From: Candidatus Hadarchaeota archaeon
GTDB lineage: Archaea; CAYQAE01; CAYVLA01
Length of the DNA stretch: 32,000 nt
Assembly: GCA_964621445.1 (NCBI GenBank)
Contig: CAZUNO010000008.1
Coordinates: forward strand, 19,234 to 51,233
Direction of reading: 5' to 3'
Made by a program: the position numbers and the translations under genes. Below the pieces are notes generated by a model. That model did no database searches, had not been told where the DNA came from, and was given only the letters and a program-made list of their open reading frames with translations. Of the stretch, positions 24,023 to 31,353 are shown in pieces. Within the stretch, counting starts at the first letter, position 1. Each line of letters begins with the position of its first letter.

Positions 24023-24061
24023 GGTTTTCTTAACGATGGGGAGTGGGCCGTTATTTCCACA

Positions 24062-24880
24062 CTAGGATCCAATCACTATTCTGAGGAAGTTCCTCGTTGC
24101 GGGGGCGAGCCCTATGACCATTATCACCATCTTAATGAACAGCCTCATCTCCCTTTCCTCCACGTGCTCATCCAGCAGGTAGAGGACCAAGGGGAGGGCT
24201 AGCAGCTTCATGAGATACATTGCCGCTGCAGTCCCGGAAATATCGATCAGCGTCCTCGGCAAGACGTGTTGTTCAGCGTAATCGTAAAAGTCGATCCCGA
24301 TGAAGGTCACCGTGGCGTCAACCAGGTGACAACCCAGGGCAGCCACGTTTTCCCTGTTCCAGAGAACCGGGAGCCGCTCTCCCCATTGAAGGTGAAGAAA
24401 GGCCAGAAATCCGCATATCCCAGCGGATAGGGCACCCATAGCCATTCCCGCAACCGGTCTTTCCACCATTCCAAGAAGGGGAAGTAGCTGGGAGGTGGCA
24501 AGCACGATGCCCACGGTTATCACCGTCTGCTTTACCTCAACTCCCGATAATCTCCTAACCGCGAGGGCCAGGAGAAGGGATCCAGCGAATATGGCCATGG
24601 TGGTGATGTATATACCCGGTGAGATCAGTAGGTAGGTGTAGGGATATTTCCCCGCGTCCACTAGCACCCTGATACTGGTGGCCAGTACTAGGAAGGGCAG
24701 GAACATTAGGAAGAGGTCAAATTTGAACCGGTATCCAGTCTTCTTTATGGATTTGTAGGTTACTACCGCCGCAATCCCCAGTATCGCTCCGTATACCAGG
24801 GTATTTACCCAGTTATACCCGCTTCTTTCCCATATTGGGGAAATGAAATATCTGCGTATGATGTCAAGAAGGGAGTACAT
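24062..24880 (-). CDS. DUF63-family polytopic membrane protein
   Basis: SGYNWVNTLVYG, GCHLVDATVTFIGIDFYDYAEQHVLP and IGLAPATRNFLR resemble the DUF63 signature as I recall it. About 7 hydrophobic segments. Confidence 0.6.
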   Translation of the reverse strand: MYSLLDIIRRYFISPIWERSGYNWVNTLVYGAILGIAAVVTYKSIKKTGYRFKFDLFLMFLPFLVLATSIRVLVDAGKYPYTYLLISPGIYITTMAIFAGSLLLALAVRRLSGVEVKQTVITVGIVLATSQLLPLLGMVERPVAGMAMGALSAGICGFLAFLHLQWGERLPVLWNRENVAALGCHLVDATVTFIGIDFYDYAEQHVLPRTLIDISGTAAAMYLMKLLALPLVLYLLDEHVEEREMRLFIKMVIMVIGLAPATRNFLRIVIGS

Positions 24881-24915
24881 ATATTTAAGATCAGCTCTAG
24901 ATGGGGCGATTAAAT

Positions 24916-24948
24916 GCTTCGGTGATTATGACTTGAAAAGACCGAAGC
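24916..24948 (+). promoter_or_regulatory. 8-bp perfect inverted repeat (GCTTCGGT ... ACCGAAGC, 17-nt loop) ending 2 nt before the egsA ATG
   Basis: Arms at 24916-24923 and 24941-24948, read directly from the sequence. The repeat lies in the DUF63/egsA divergent spacer. Confidence 0.4.
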
Positions 24949-24950
24949 GG

Positions 24951-25982
24951 ATGGAACTTCCCCGGTACGTTGATATCGGATCGGGAATCCTCCGAGGTAT
25001 TCCGGAAACACTCAATTCCATGAGGATTGAAGGTGACCTGCTGATAGTCACAGGTCCTACAAAAACCAGGAAATACGGGGAGAGGGTCTTCGATTCGGCA
25101 TCCTCTGAGAGAGACGCTGAACTTCTATCCGTGTCCGGAGGCAAGAAAGAGGCGGCGGAAAATCTTGAAAAGAGTATGGACTCTGATAACGCCGCCGTAG
25201 TTGTCGGTGTGGGCGGCGGTAAGACCATAGATATAGCGAAATATGCTGCCTATCGTGCTAACTCGGAGTTCGTTAGCATGCCCACGGTTCTATCCCACGA
25301 CGGCATAGCCTCCTCCCGGGTTTCCATGCCCAGCTCTGGCAAGGTGGCCTCTATGGATGCGGTGGCTCCCATGGCCATAATAATGGACACCGAAATCATT
25401 GCCAGTGCTCCCTACCGCTTCCTGGCCGCGGGATGTGGAGATATCATCGGGAAGAACACCTCCGTCTTGGATTGGCAGTTGGCCTACAGGCTTGGAAAGG
25501 AGGATATAAGCGAGTACGCTTGCGCCCTGACCATGATGAGCGCCAAGATAATAAGGGAGTCGGTTGAGGTGATCAGGACCGCAAGCGAAGATGGAGTGAG
25601 GATGGTGGCCAAGGCCCTTATGGGAAGCGGGGTGTCCATGAGCATAGCCGGTTCAAGCAGACCGGCTTCCGGTTCCGAGCACCTTTTCAGCCATGCGCTG
25701 GATTGCATTGCCCCGGAAGCGGCACTTCACGGTGAACAGGTTGGGTTGGGCACCATAATGATGATGTACCTCCACGGAGGGGACTGGGAATCGATAAGGG
25801 ATTGTCTCATCAGGGTAGGCGCTCCAGTGACAGCAGAGGAAATTGGGATCTCTGAAGAGAAGATAATCAAGGCGTTAACGGATTCACATAAGATAAGGCC
25901 CTCAAGATATACCATTCTGGGCAAATCGGGCCTGAGCAAGACGGCCGCACGAAGACTAGCAAGGAGGACGGAAGTGATTTGA
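24951..25982 (+). CDS. egsA: sn-Glycerol-1-phosphate dehydrogenase (G1PDH)
   Basis: MELPRYVDIGSG..., VVGVGGGKTIDIAKYAA, PTVLSHDGIASSRVS and SGSEHLFSHALD / HGEQVGLG form the iron-ADH-fold metal site. I prefer ATG 24951, because the upstream ATG 24843 would overlap DUF63 by 38 nt and add a non-conserved extension. Confidence 0.85.
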   Translation: MELPRYVDIGSGILRGIPETLNSMRIEGDLLIVTGPTKTRKYGERVFDSASSERDAELLSVSGGKKEAAENLEKSMDSDNAAVVVGVGGGKTIDIAKYAAYRANSEFVSMPTVLSHDGIASSRVSMPSSGKVASMDAVAPMAIIMDTEIIASAPYRFLAAGCGDIIGKNTSVLDWQLAYRLGKEDISEYACALTMMSAKIIRESVEVIRTASEDGVRMVAKALMGSGVSMSIAGSSRPASGSEHLFSHALDCIAPEAALHGEQVGLGTIMMMYLHGGDWESIRDCLIRVGAPVTAEEIGISEEKIIKALTDSHKIRPSRYTILGKSGLSKTAARRLARRTEVI

Positions 25983-26434
25983 TAACCCTAATAGGCAAGA
26001 AACTGGCAAAACCAGGACAGGAGTTCATTCACTACGGAGTGGGTGACTGTAAGGAATGCATGGGATGCAAATTGAGGAAGGTCTGTGACAATCTAAAGGT
26101 TGGGAGAAGGTACACCGTCAAGAGTTCAATGAACAAGCCCCATGAGAAATGCAAGATACATGAGGAGGGAGTAATGCTGGTTGAGGTTGAGCCGGCGGAG
26201 ATAGAGGTGTTAATCCCCTCCTCCCAGGCCAAGGAGAAGGAGGTTATCGCCTTCCTGAGTCCTGACTGTTCCAAATATTTCTGTGAGGATAGGGACCTAT
26301 GCCACCCGGAAGGGATTGAGGACGGGGACAGGTGCCGTATTCTGAAGGTTAAGGAGAAGGAGCACAAGTGTGGGGAGGGAAACGAGCTGGCCCTGGTCCG
26401 ACTGAAATTAGAGGGGGAAGAAGGTAAGGATTAA
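25979..26434 (+). CDS. UPF0179-family cysteine-rich protein (archaea-specific, function unknown)
   Basis: The N-terminus MITLIGKKLAKPGQEFIHYG..CKECMGCKLRKVCDNLKVGRRY matches the remembered UPF0179 start (MITLIG). About 150 aa. The TTG start overlaps the egsA stop (TTGA). AAGGAGGA lies 11 nt upstream. Confidence 0.65.
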   Translation: MITLIGKKLAKPGQEFIHYGVGDCKECMGCKLRKVCDNLKVGRRYTVKSSMNKPHEKCKIHEEGVMLVEVEPAEIEVLIPSSQAKEKEVIAFLSPDCSKYFCEDRDLCHPEGIEDGDRCRILKVKEKEHKCGEGNELALVRLKLEGEEGKD

Positions 26435-26436
26435 TC

Positions 26437-27171
26437 CTATTCGGCCTGCCCGACTTCCTCCGCCTCTGAGGAGTCCTGCTCCTGCTGTTCCTCGGATGGC
26501 TCGACCGCGAAACTGATCTTCTCTATCTCCGGGACGTGTTCCTCTATATCATTTCGAATTAGGGAGCGAATGGCCTCCGTGGCCTGCTCGGACAGCTCTC
26601 CCGTATTCAGTTCTATTTCCGCTTCCTTCTCGGAGATATTGATAATATGGGAATCAGGGTCCATCCTCCTAAGGCGCCTGTCTATCAACCATCTTATCCT
26701 GGTCTCCGGATCGGTTGCCTCCCCCAGGACCTCCACTAGGTAATGCATTTCGCGACCCGCAAGGGGGTGATTGTAGTCCAGCCTTATTCTCCCGCCGCTG
26801 ATGGACCTGATTATTGCTATGCCCCGGTTTGTCCGTACCGGGAGGCCTCGCACCGGGTTTATCCCTTTTTGCCTGAGAACGTTCTGGGTAACATGATCCA
26901 TTAGCTTTGGATTCCTGTTTCCATAGGCGTTCTCCGGGGGCACGCCAAACTCCTTCTCCTCCCCCACATCCATGTTTTTCAGGGCCTCATCAACCCCGGG
27001 GGTAGGCTTCCCGGACCCTACCACGGTGACAAATGGCCTGTATTTGGATGGGTTATCCTCATCAAAAATCCCTGCATCCCGGGCAACCTGTTCGATCGTT
27101 GTCTTGGTGATCTTTCCGGTTGTTGCTATCTTCTCAACGTAATTTATTCTGGTGATGCTCCCCTCGTTCAA
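26437..27171 (-). CDS. FKBP-type peptidyl-prolyl cis-trans isomerase, long archaeal type with an acidic C-terminal tail
   Basis: VVGSGKPTPGVDEALKNMDVGEEKEFGVPPENAYG and DYNHPLAGREMHYLVEVL are FKBP core motifs with an insert-in-flap region. TTG is the only start after the in-frame stop at 27202-27204. Confidence 0.85.
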   Translation of the reverse strand: MNEGSITRINYVEKIATTGKITKTTIEQVARDAGIFDEDNPSKYRPFVTVVGSGKPTPGVDEALKNMDVGEEKEFGVPPENAYGNRNPKLMDHVTQNVLRQKGINPVRGLPVRTNRGIAIIRSISGGRIRLDYNHPLAGREMHYLVEVLGEATDPETRIRWLIDRRLRRMDPDSHIINISEKEAEIELNTGELSEQATEAIRSLIRNDIEEHVPEIEKISFAVEPSEEQQEQDSSEAEEVGQAE

Positions 27172-27261
27172 TTGAACACCCTGACCCCCATCGGCCGATC
27201 TGAATTAAACTGTTTAGCCCAGGGTCACCAGCCTCCATGCGGCCATTTACCAGGGGCAAAT

Positions 27262-27280
27262 ATTTATTAGAATATTAAAA
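27262..27280 (+). promoter_or_regulatory. AT-rich TATA-like block (ATTTATTAGAATATTAAAA) upstream of the 103-aa ORF, in the divergent spacer with the FKBP gene
   Basis: It lies 23-41 nt upstream of ATG 27303, with GGAGG at 27291-27295. Confidence 0.35.
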
Positions 27281-27302
27281 CCGGTAGGTTGGAGGAAAGG
27301 TA

Positions 27303-27614
27303 ATGAAGAGGTATGTCGGCGAGCTTACGTCCATAGAAGAAGTCCCAGATGCAAAGGTGAGCAAGGATGAAGATGGACTTGAATGGAAGGACTTCATCCG
27401 GCGAATTAAGCTTGTGGGCTACCGAAAAGAGGATAACGAGATTGTCAGGGAGCTTCCCGAGGAACTGGATGAAAAGGTAATCGATCAGCCAAGGAAGCTC
27501 TGCATAAGCGAGGGTTACGACTGGCACTTCAAGACCAAGATCATTGACAGGCCGGTACTCATCACCTTCAGCGAGGAAGAAAGCGAGGCAATAGAAAAGG
27601 GCAACTATCCCTGA
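27303..27614 (+). CDS. Hypothetical 103-aa acidic cytoplasmic protein
   Basis: GGAGG at 27291-27295, 7 nt before the ATG. An AT-rich TATA-like block lies upstream. The composition is balanced and charged, unlike the hydrophobic antisense ORF 27267..27527. No family recognised. Confidence 0.45.
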   Translation: MKRYVGELTSIEEVPDAKVSKDEDGLEWKDFIRRIKLVGYRKEDNEIVRELPEELDEKVIDQPRKLCISEGYDWHFKTKIIDRPVLITFSEEESEAIEKGNYP

Positions 27615-29812
27615 TCATCGACCTCTTCTTCTAGTTCTTCCCTAGTGGATTCTCGTTCACCCTGTACTTCATCTTCTCTTTCAGGCTCCGGTTCCTCCCG
27701 GGCTCGATCCATCCCCGGCTCCCATATCAGGAGAACGTAGGAGGTGACCAGAACGAATGCCCCTATAACCAGGATCGAGATCATCCGGTAGGGATCTTCC
27801 GAGGAGTCAAATTCGGTGCGATCCTCGAGAACCGATAACAGTACGGAAACCTGCTCAGGATTCATGTACTCGGATAGGTTGGCCGAGATGTATTCCAATG
27901 CCTGCTGCCTGAGGGTCTGGTTGTCCTCGATCATGGACTCGGAAACCACGTAAACCGCCGCGGTAAGGGGCGTATCTCCCCCGATACATCCGGCTGAGAG
28001 TGAGCGGTACAACATGGCCTTCTGGAAGTCCTCCCCCGCGCAGGCGTGATAGGCAGCATTCCCGAAGGCCTGGAACGCCTGGTTACCCTGGGTCCCGTTG
28101 ATCTGCCCCATGTACACCAATCGCCAGGCAATGGAGTTGTAGATATTGGATATTTCAAGGTGCTGGGTTACATTTCGACGCATGGATGAACGTATGCTCT
28201 GCAGGATCTCATTTGCCTCGATATAGCGAGTATCAATGCTCTCACCGTAGGAGGAGGCCTGCATGAGAGTTTCGAGCAATTCTCCGTATACACGTCGACA
28301 CCGGGGAGCGAATCCATCCTTGGGCAGAACCTCCTGCAACGCCCGACAGAAATCGTCAAAGAAAATTTCCCCGGCCGCCATTTCCGAAATTTCCAAGTCA
28401 TTTCCTTCCCCCTCTGATCTAGAGGTTTGAAGATCGATAATCCCATTGAGTAGACCGTGTAGAGCCTTGTTTGGGGGATCCACGATGAGGATTTCCTCTG
28501 GGAATTGATCTAGAATGCCTTTCGCTTCTAGGGGTCGATTATTCATCACAAGGGCCGAGGCAAGTAGTAGGTTCTGGGATACCAGGGCCCTGTAATACAA
28601 TCCCCTCTTGGATTTCCCCAGCACCTCCGGGGCGGCATCCAACATGATATCGTACCCTCCAAAACTTGGGGCACCGTGATAGCTCAGGTTCCCAAGATCT
28701 ATTCCCATAAGGCTTCGTGCGGAATCGCGAGCCCAGTTGATCTGCCTGCCATGACCGAGTATCTCGAACAGGTCAAGATAGTTGTAGCGTCTAAAAATCG
28801 GAACATTACGAAGCGAATTCATTGAGTTTGCGTATATCTCCTGCGCCCTCGTGTGGAAACCGGCCTTGTCATATGCCTTGGCTGCCTTCAGGTAGCTGAG
28901 ATACTTGGTGAATTGCTGTTGGGAAGCTAGTTGCAGTGAGATGTTGGCAGATCGCTGGTAGCTTCTCTTAGAGGAGTTGAGGTCGCCCAATCTCCGATAA
29001 ATCTCACCGGCCGAACTGAACATCTCCCTCGATTTTTCCTGAGATTGGCTCCCGGCATCCTGTAGGGCCTCAGCTGCCTGGAAGTAATAATCGGCAGCTT
29101 GTTTTAGCTTCGGGTTTTGGTTGGACCCGTTGAAGGCTGCTGTTATCCCTGCCAGCTCCAAACAACGGGCTTTGGTGGAAAGCTCGCCCAATATGGAGCC
29201 CAATTCCTCGGCTTGCCTGGAAAAGGACTCCGAGGCTAGTCCAAAGATATTGGAGGCCGTTGGTTCCTCAAGGGTGTACAGGATCATGGACGCATTGAGA
29301 TACTTCTCTCCTGCCTCCTTCCATTCCCCCTCCAGCCGTAGACCATCGGCTTCCTGAACCAAACTTTTTGCCTGGTCAAGACACCGCTGTCGATATATTT
29401 GGGTCATCTGCAGGGATGCTTCCGAGAGGTTGCTGAAGTGAAGCAGATAGGTTGCTCTTCTAAGGTATTTACCTGCCTGGGTGAATCCGCTTTCCCTTGC
29501 ACCTTCCAGGTACCAATAGGCCGATGTATTGGTGTATTTAATGAAGAGAGCTTCATCATCCAGCCTGCCCTCCTGATAGCATCGAGCGAGGTCGGAGTAG
29601 ATCTCCGCCCTCCTGATCACCTCCCCTGCTTCCCGAGCAAGCTCCGCGGCCAGGAGATATTTCTCGGCCGCTTTCCCGAAAGTACGGTTTGAGAACAGTC
29701 CTTGTGCCTCGGAAAGCACGCTTTGCCAGTCCTGGCCCGAAATACATGGAATGAGGATTATGATGGCCAGGAGGCAAAGAGAGGATTTGAGAGTGGGTTT
29801 TTGGTAATTCAT
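27605..29812 (-). CDS. 735-aa type I membrane protein: signal peptide, large helical-repeat (TPR/SNAP-like) ectodomain with many N-x-S/T sequons, C-terminal TM anchor and acidic tail
   Basis: N-terminal SSLCLLAIIILIPCISGQ looks like a signal peptide. C-terminal MISILVIGAFVLVTSYVLLIW is a TM segment, followed by REEPEPEREDEVQGERESTREELEEEVDDQG. A-x-x-Y type helices recur: GKAAEKYLLAAELAREAG, KEAGEKYLNASMIL, KQAADYYFQAAEALQDAG, YLKAAKAYDKAG. Confidence 0.7.
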   Translation of the reverse strand: MNYQKPTLKSSLCLLAIIILIPCISGQDWQSVLSEAQGLFSNRTFGKAAEKYLLAAELAREAGEVIRRAEIYSDLARCYQEGRLDDEALFIKYTNTSAYWYLEGARESGFTQAGKYLRRATYLLHFSNLSEASLQMTQIYRQRCLDQAKSLVQEADGLRLEGEWKEAGEKYLNASMILYTLEEPTASNIFGLASESFSRQAEELGSILGELSTKARCLELAGITAAFNGSNQNPKLKQAADYYFQAAEALQDAGSQSQEKSREMFSSAGEIYRRLGDLNSSKRSYQRSANISLQLASQQQFTKYLSYLKAAKAYDKAGFHTRAQEIYANSMNSLRNVPIFRRYNYLDLFEILGHGRQINWARDSARSLMGIDLGNLSYHGAPSFGGYDIMLDAAPEVLGKSKRGLYYRALVSQNLLLASALVMNNRPLEAKGILDQFPEEILIVDPPNKALHGLLNGIIDLQTSRSEGEGNDLEISEMAAGEIFFDDFCRALQEVLPKDGFAPRCRRVYGELLETLMQASSYGESIDTRYIEANEILQSIRSSMRRNVTQHLEISNIYNSIAWRLVYMGQINGTQGNQAFQAFGNAAYHACAGEDFQKAMLYRSLSAGCIGGDTPLTAAVYVVSESMIEDNQTLRQQALEYISANLSEYMNPEQVSVLLSVLEDRTEFDSSEDPYRMISILVIGAFVLVTSYVLLIWEPGMDRAREEPEPEREDEVQGERESTREELEEEVDDQG

Positions 29813-29830
29813 GGCCCTATCTCCTGAGGT

Positions 29831-30841
29831 TTACTGTGAGGAACTTCCAAGCCAGAAGAAGACTTCCTCGCCGGTGTCCAGTTGGGTGGCGATTTTGGTC
29901 CTATTTCCCTGGTCAAGAATCCGTTTTTCCTCGTCCGTAAGCTGAAATGAGACCAGGCAGGTTTTTTGCTGTTCCGGGTGGACGAAGATTTTTGTCTTGA
30001 CCTTGGTTACATTCCCCTGTTCGTTCTGGAGGACCACCCTGGCGTCATATGTCTTGTTCCTGCCCAGGTTGTTCTCGATTACGAAGGAGTATCTAACAAG
30101 GTTTTTATATGGGTCATGCTTTCCCTCGATCCAGAAATATGCCTCTTTTCTCAGAGTTGATAGAAGGAAGATGGATATATTTTGGGCTCGCTCGATCTTC
30201 AAACCGTTTTCAGATACGAACCATGGCTTGAAATCTCCATTTGCATGGCTTTTAAATAGATATAGGGTGCGGTTGAATATCTCTTCCTTCAGGATTTTTC
30301 CATCAGCCCCTTCTAGGTTGATAACGCTTTGAGGTATGTCCTGTAAATCCGGCTCTTCGAGATCGATTTTCTCTATCCTGGGGCTCAGGGTCCTGGGATA
30401 CTCCCAGAAAAGAATTTGCCCCTCATTTTCATCTATGGCGTCAACGTATAACGCCACGGAATCCATGTAAAGGGTCTCTCCCTTCTTCGCCCAGAAGGGA
30501 ATCCCCTTATCCGGCACATATAGGACCGTGGAAATCTCGGGAACTACATAGAAGGGCCGGCCCAGGACCGTGCCGTTGAGGATTTTCGAATCCCCCACAT
30601 CAAGAGTGTTCAGCAACTCTTCCAGATGCGGATTCTCCTCGGTAGCGTTGGTTAGGTTCAGCTTCCAGGGCTTAAGCCAGAGCTGGGTAAATTGCTCTTT
30701 CTCCCTTGGAGTGACCACTATCAGGGCGGCAACTATTATGATCCCTATCACGCAGGCAACTATTACTGCGTTGGTGACCAGCTGCTCCCGCGAATCATCT
30801 TCCTCATCCGAATTCAAGAGACCGGTCAAATCTCGAAGCAT
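29831..30841 (-). CDS. 336-aa type II membrane protein: acidic N-terminal tail, single TM, beta-rich ectodomain (distantly DUF1616 C-terminal-like?)
   Basis: NSDEEDDSREQ tail, then the TM segment VTNAVIVACVIGIIIVAALIVV. The ectodomain has N-x-S/T sequons (NLT, NAT, NGT, NRT, NIS, NKT, NVT, NRT). FTQLWLKP and SFVIENNLGRNKTYDARVVL faintly recall DUF1616. Confidence 0.65.
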   Translation of the reverse strand: MLRDLTGLLNSDEEDDSREQLVTNAVIVACVIGIIIVAALIVVTPREKEQFTQLWLKPWKLNLTNATEENPHLEELLNTLDVGDSKILNGTVLGRPFYVVPEISTVLYVPDKGIPFWAKKGETLYMDSVALYVDAIDENEGQILFWEYPRTLSPRIEKIDLEEPDLQDIPQSVINLEGADGKILKEEIFNRTLYLFKSHANGDFKPWFVSENGLKIERAQNISIFLLSTLRKEAYFWIEGKHDPYKNLVRYSFVIENNLGRNKTYDARVVLQNEQGNVTKVKTKIFVHPEQQKTCLVSFQLTDEEKRILDQGNRTKIATQLDTGEEVFFWLGSSSQ

Positions 30842-30875
30842 TGTCTTATATCTGTTCTTTGCATTTAACCGGTAA

Positions 30876-31331
30876 TCAGGGTATTCGCACCTCGCTCCAT
30901 TGGACTTTTCCCTGTTTTACCAGATCCCGGATTTGCCTCTGCCTTTTATTAAGGCGGCTCTCCCCCGATTTCACCTCCACCAGGATCACTCTCTTTACCG
31001 GGCTCCCCTCTCTTCGCCCTTTGGACAGACCGTCGAAGACCAGGTAATCAATTGGGCTACCGATCCAAACGGCATCATGGGGGTCGAAAGGGAAGCTGTC
31101 CATCAGGGGGGAGAACCTCTCCAGAACTCTGGCCGATAGGGTTCGTCCGCTCCTCTCGGCCGCATCCTTTCTCAGAAACTCCTCCCTTTCGCGGACCTTG
31201 CTCTCCACCTCCCTGTCGAACCTCTCCCTCCATAGACGGTTGAGGTTCTCGACCCTCGCGGATGAGATCCTGTTGGCCAGGACGAATCCAATTAAAAGTC
31301 CGATTACGATTAATAGCGGATAGACAAACAT
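30876..31331 (-). CDS. Membrane-tethered endonuclease related to archaeal Holliday-junction resolvase (COG4741 / Endonuc_Holl-like)
   Basis: TM segment MFVYPLLIVIGLLIGFVLA, then the coiled coil RLWRERFDREVESKVREREEF. After that, ARVLERFSPLMDSFPFDPHDAVWIGSPIDYLVFDGL...VILVEVKSGESRLNKRQRQIRDLVKQGKV matches the remembered family pattern (G.PiDyivFdG...vEvKtG...L). I prefer ATG 31331, since the track's 31403 would overlap serS by 50 nt. Confidence 0.65.
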   Translation of the reverse strand: MFVYPLLIVIGLLIGFVLANRISSARVENLNRLWRERFDREVESKVREREEFLRKDAAERSGRTLSARVLERFSPLMDSFPFDPHDAVWIGSPIDYLVFDGLSKGRREGSPVKRVILVEVKSGESRLNKRQRQIRDLVKQGKVQWSEVRIP

Positions 31332-31353
31332 CTGAAAATCGACGATCAAGGTG

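Noticed and set aside
27267-27527. 86-aa minus-strand ORF opposite the 103-aa hypothetical gene.
   Set aside because: It has hydrophobic, irregular composition and would start inside the AT-rich promoter block. The + strand ORF has a GGAGG SD at ideal spacing and protein-like charged composition. Both calls remain low confidence.
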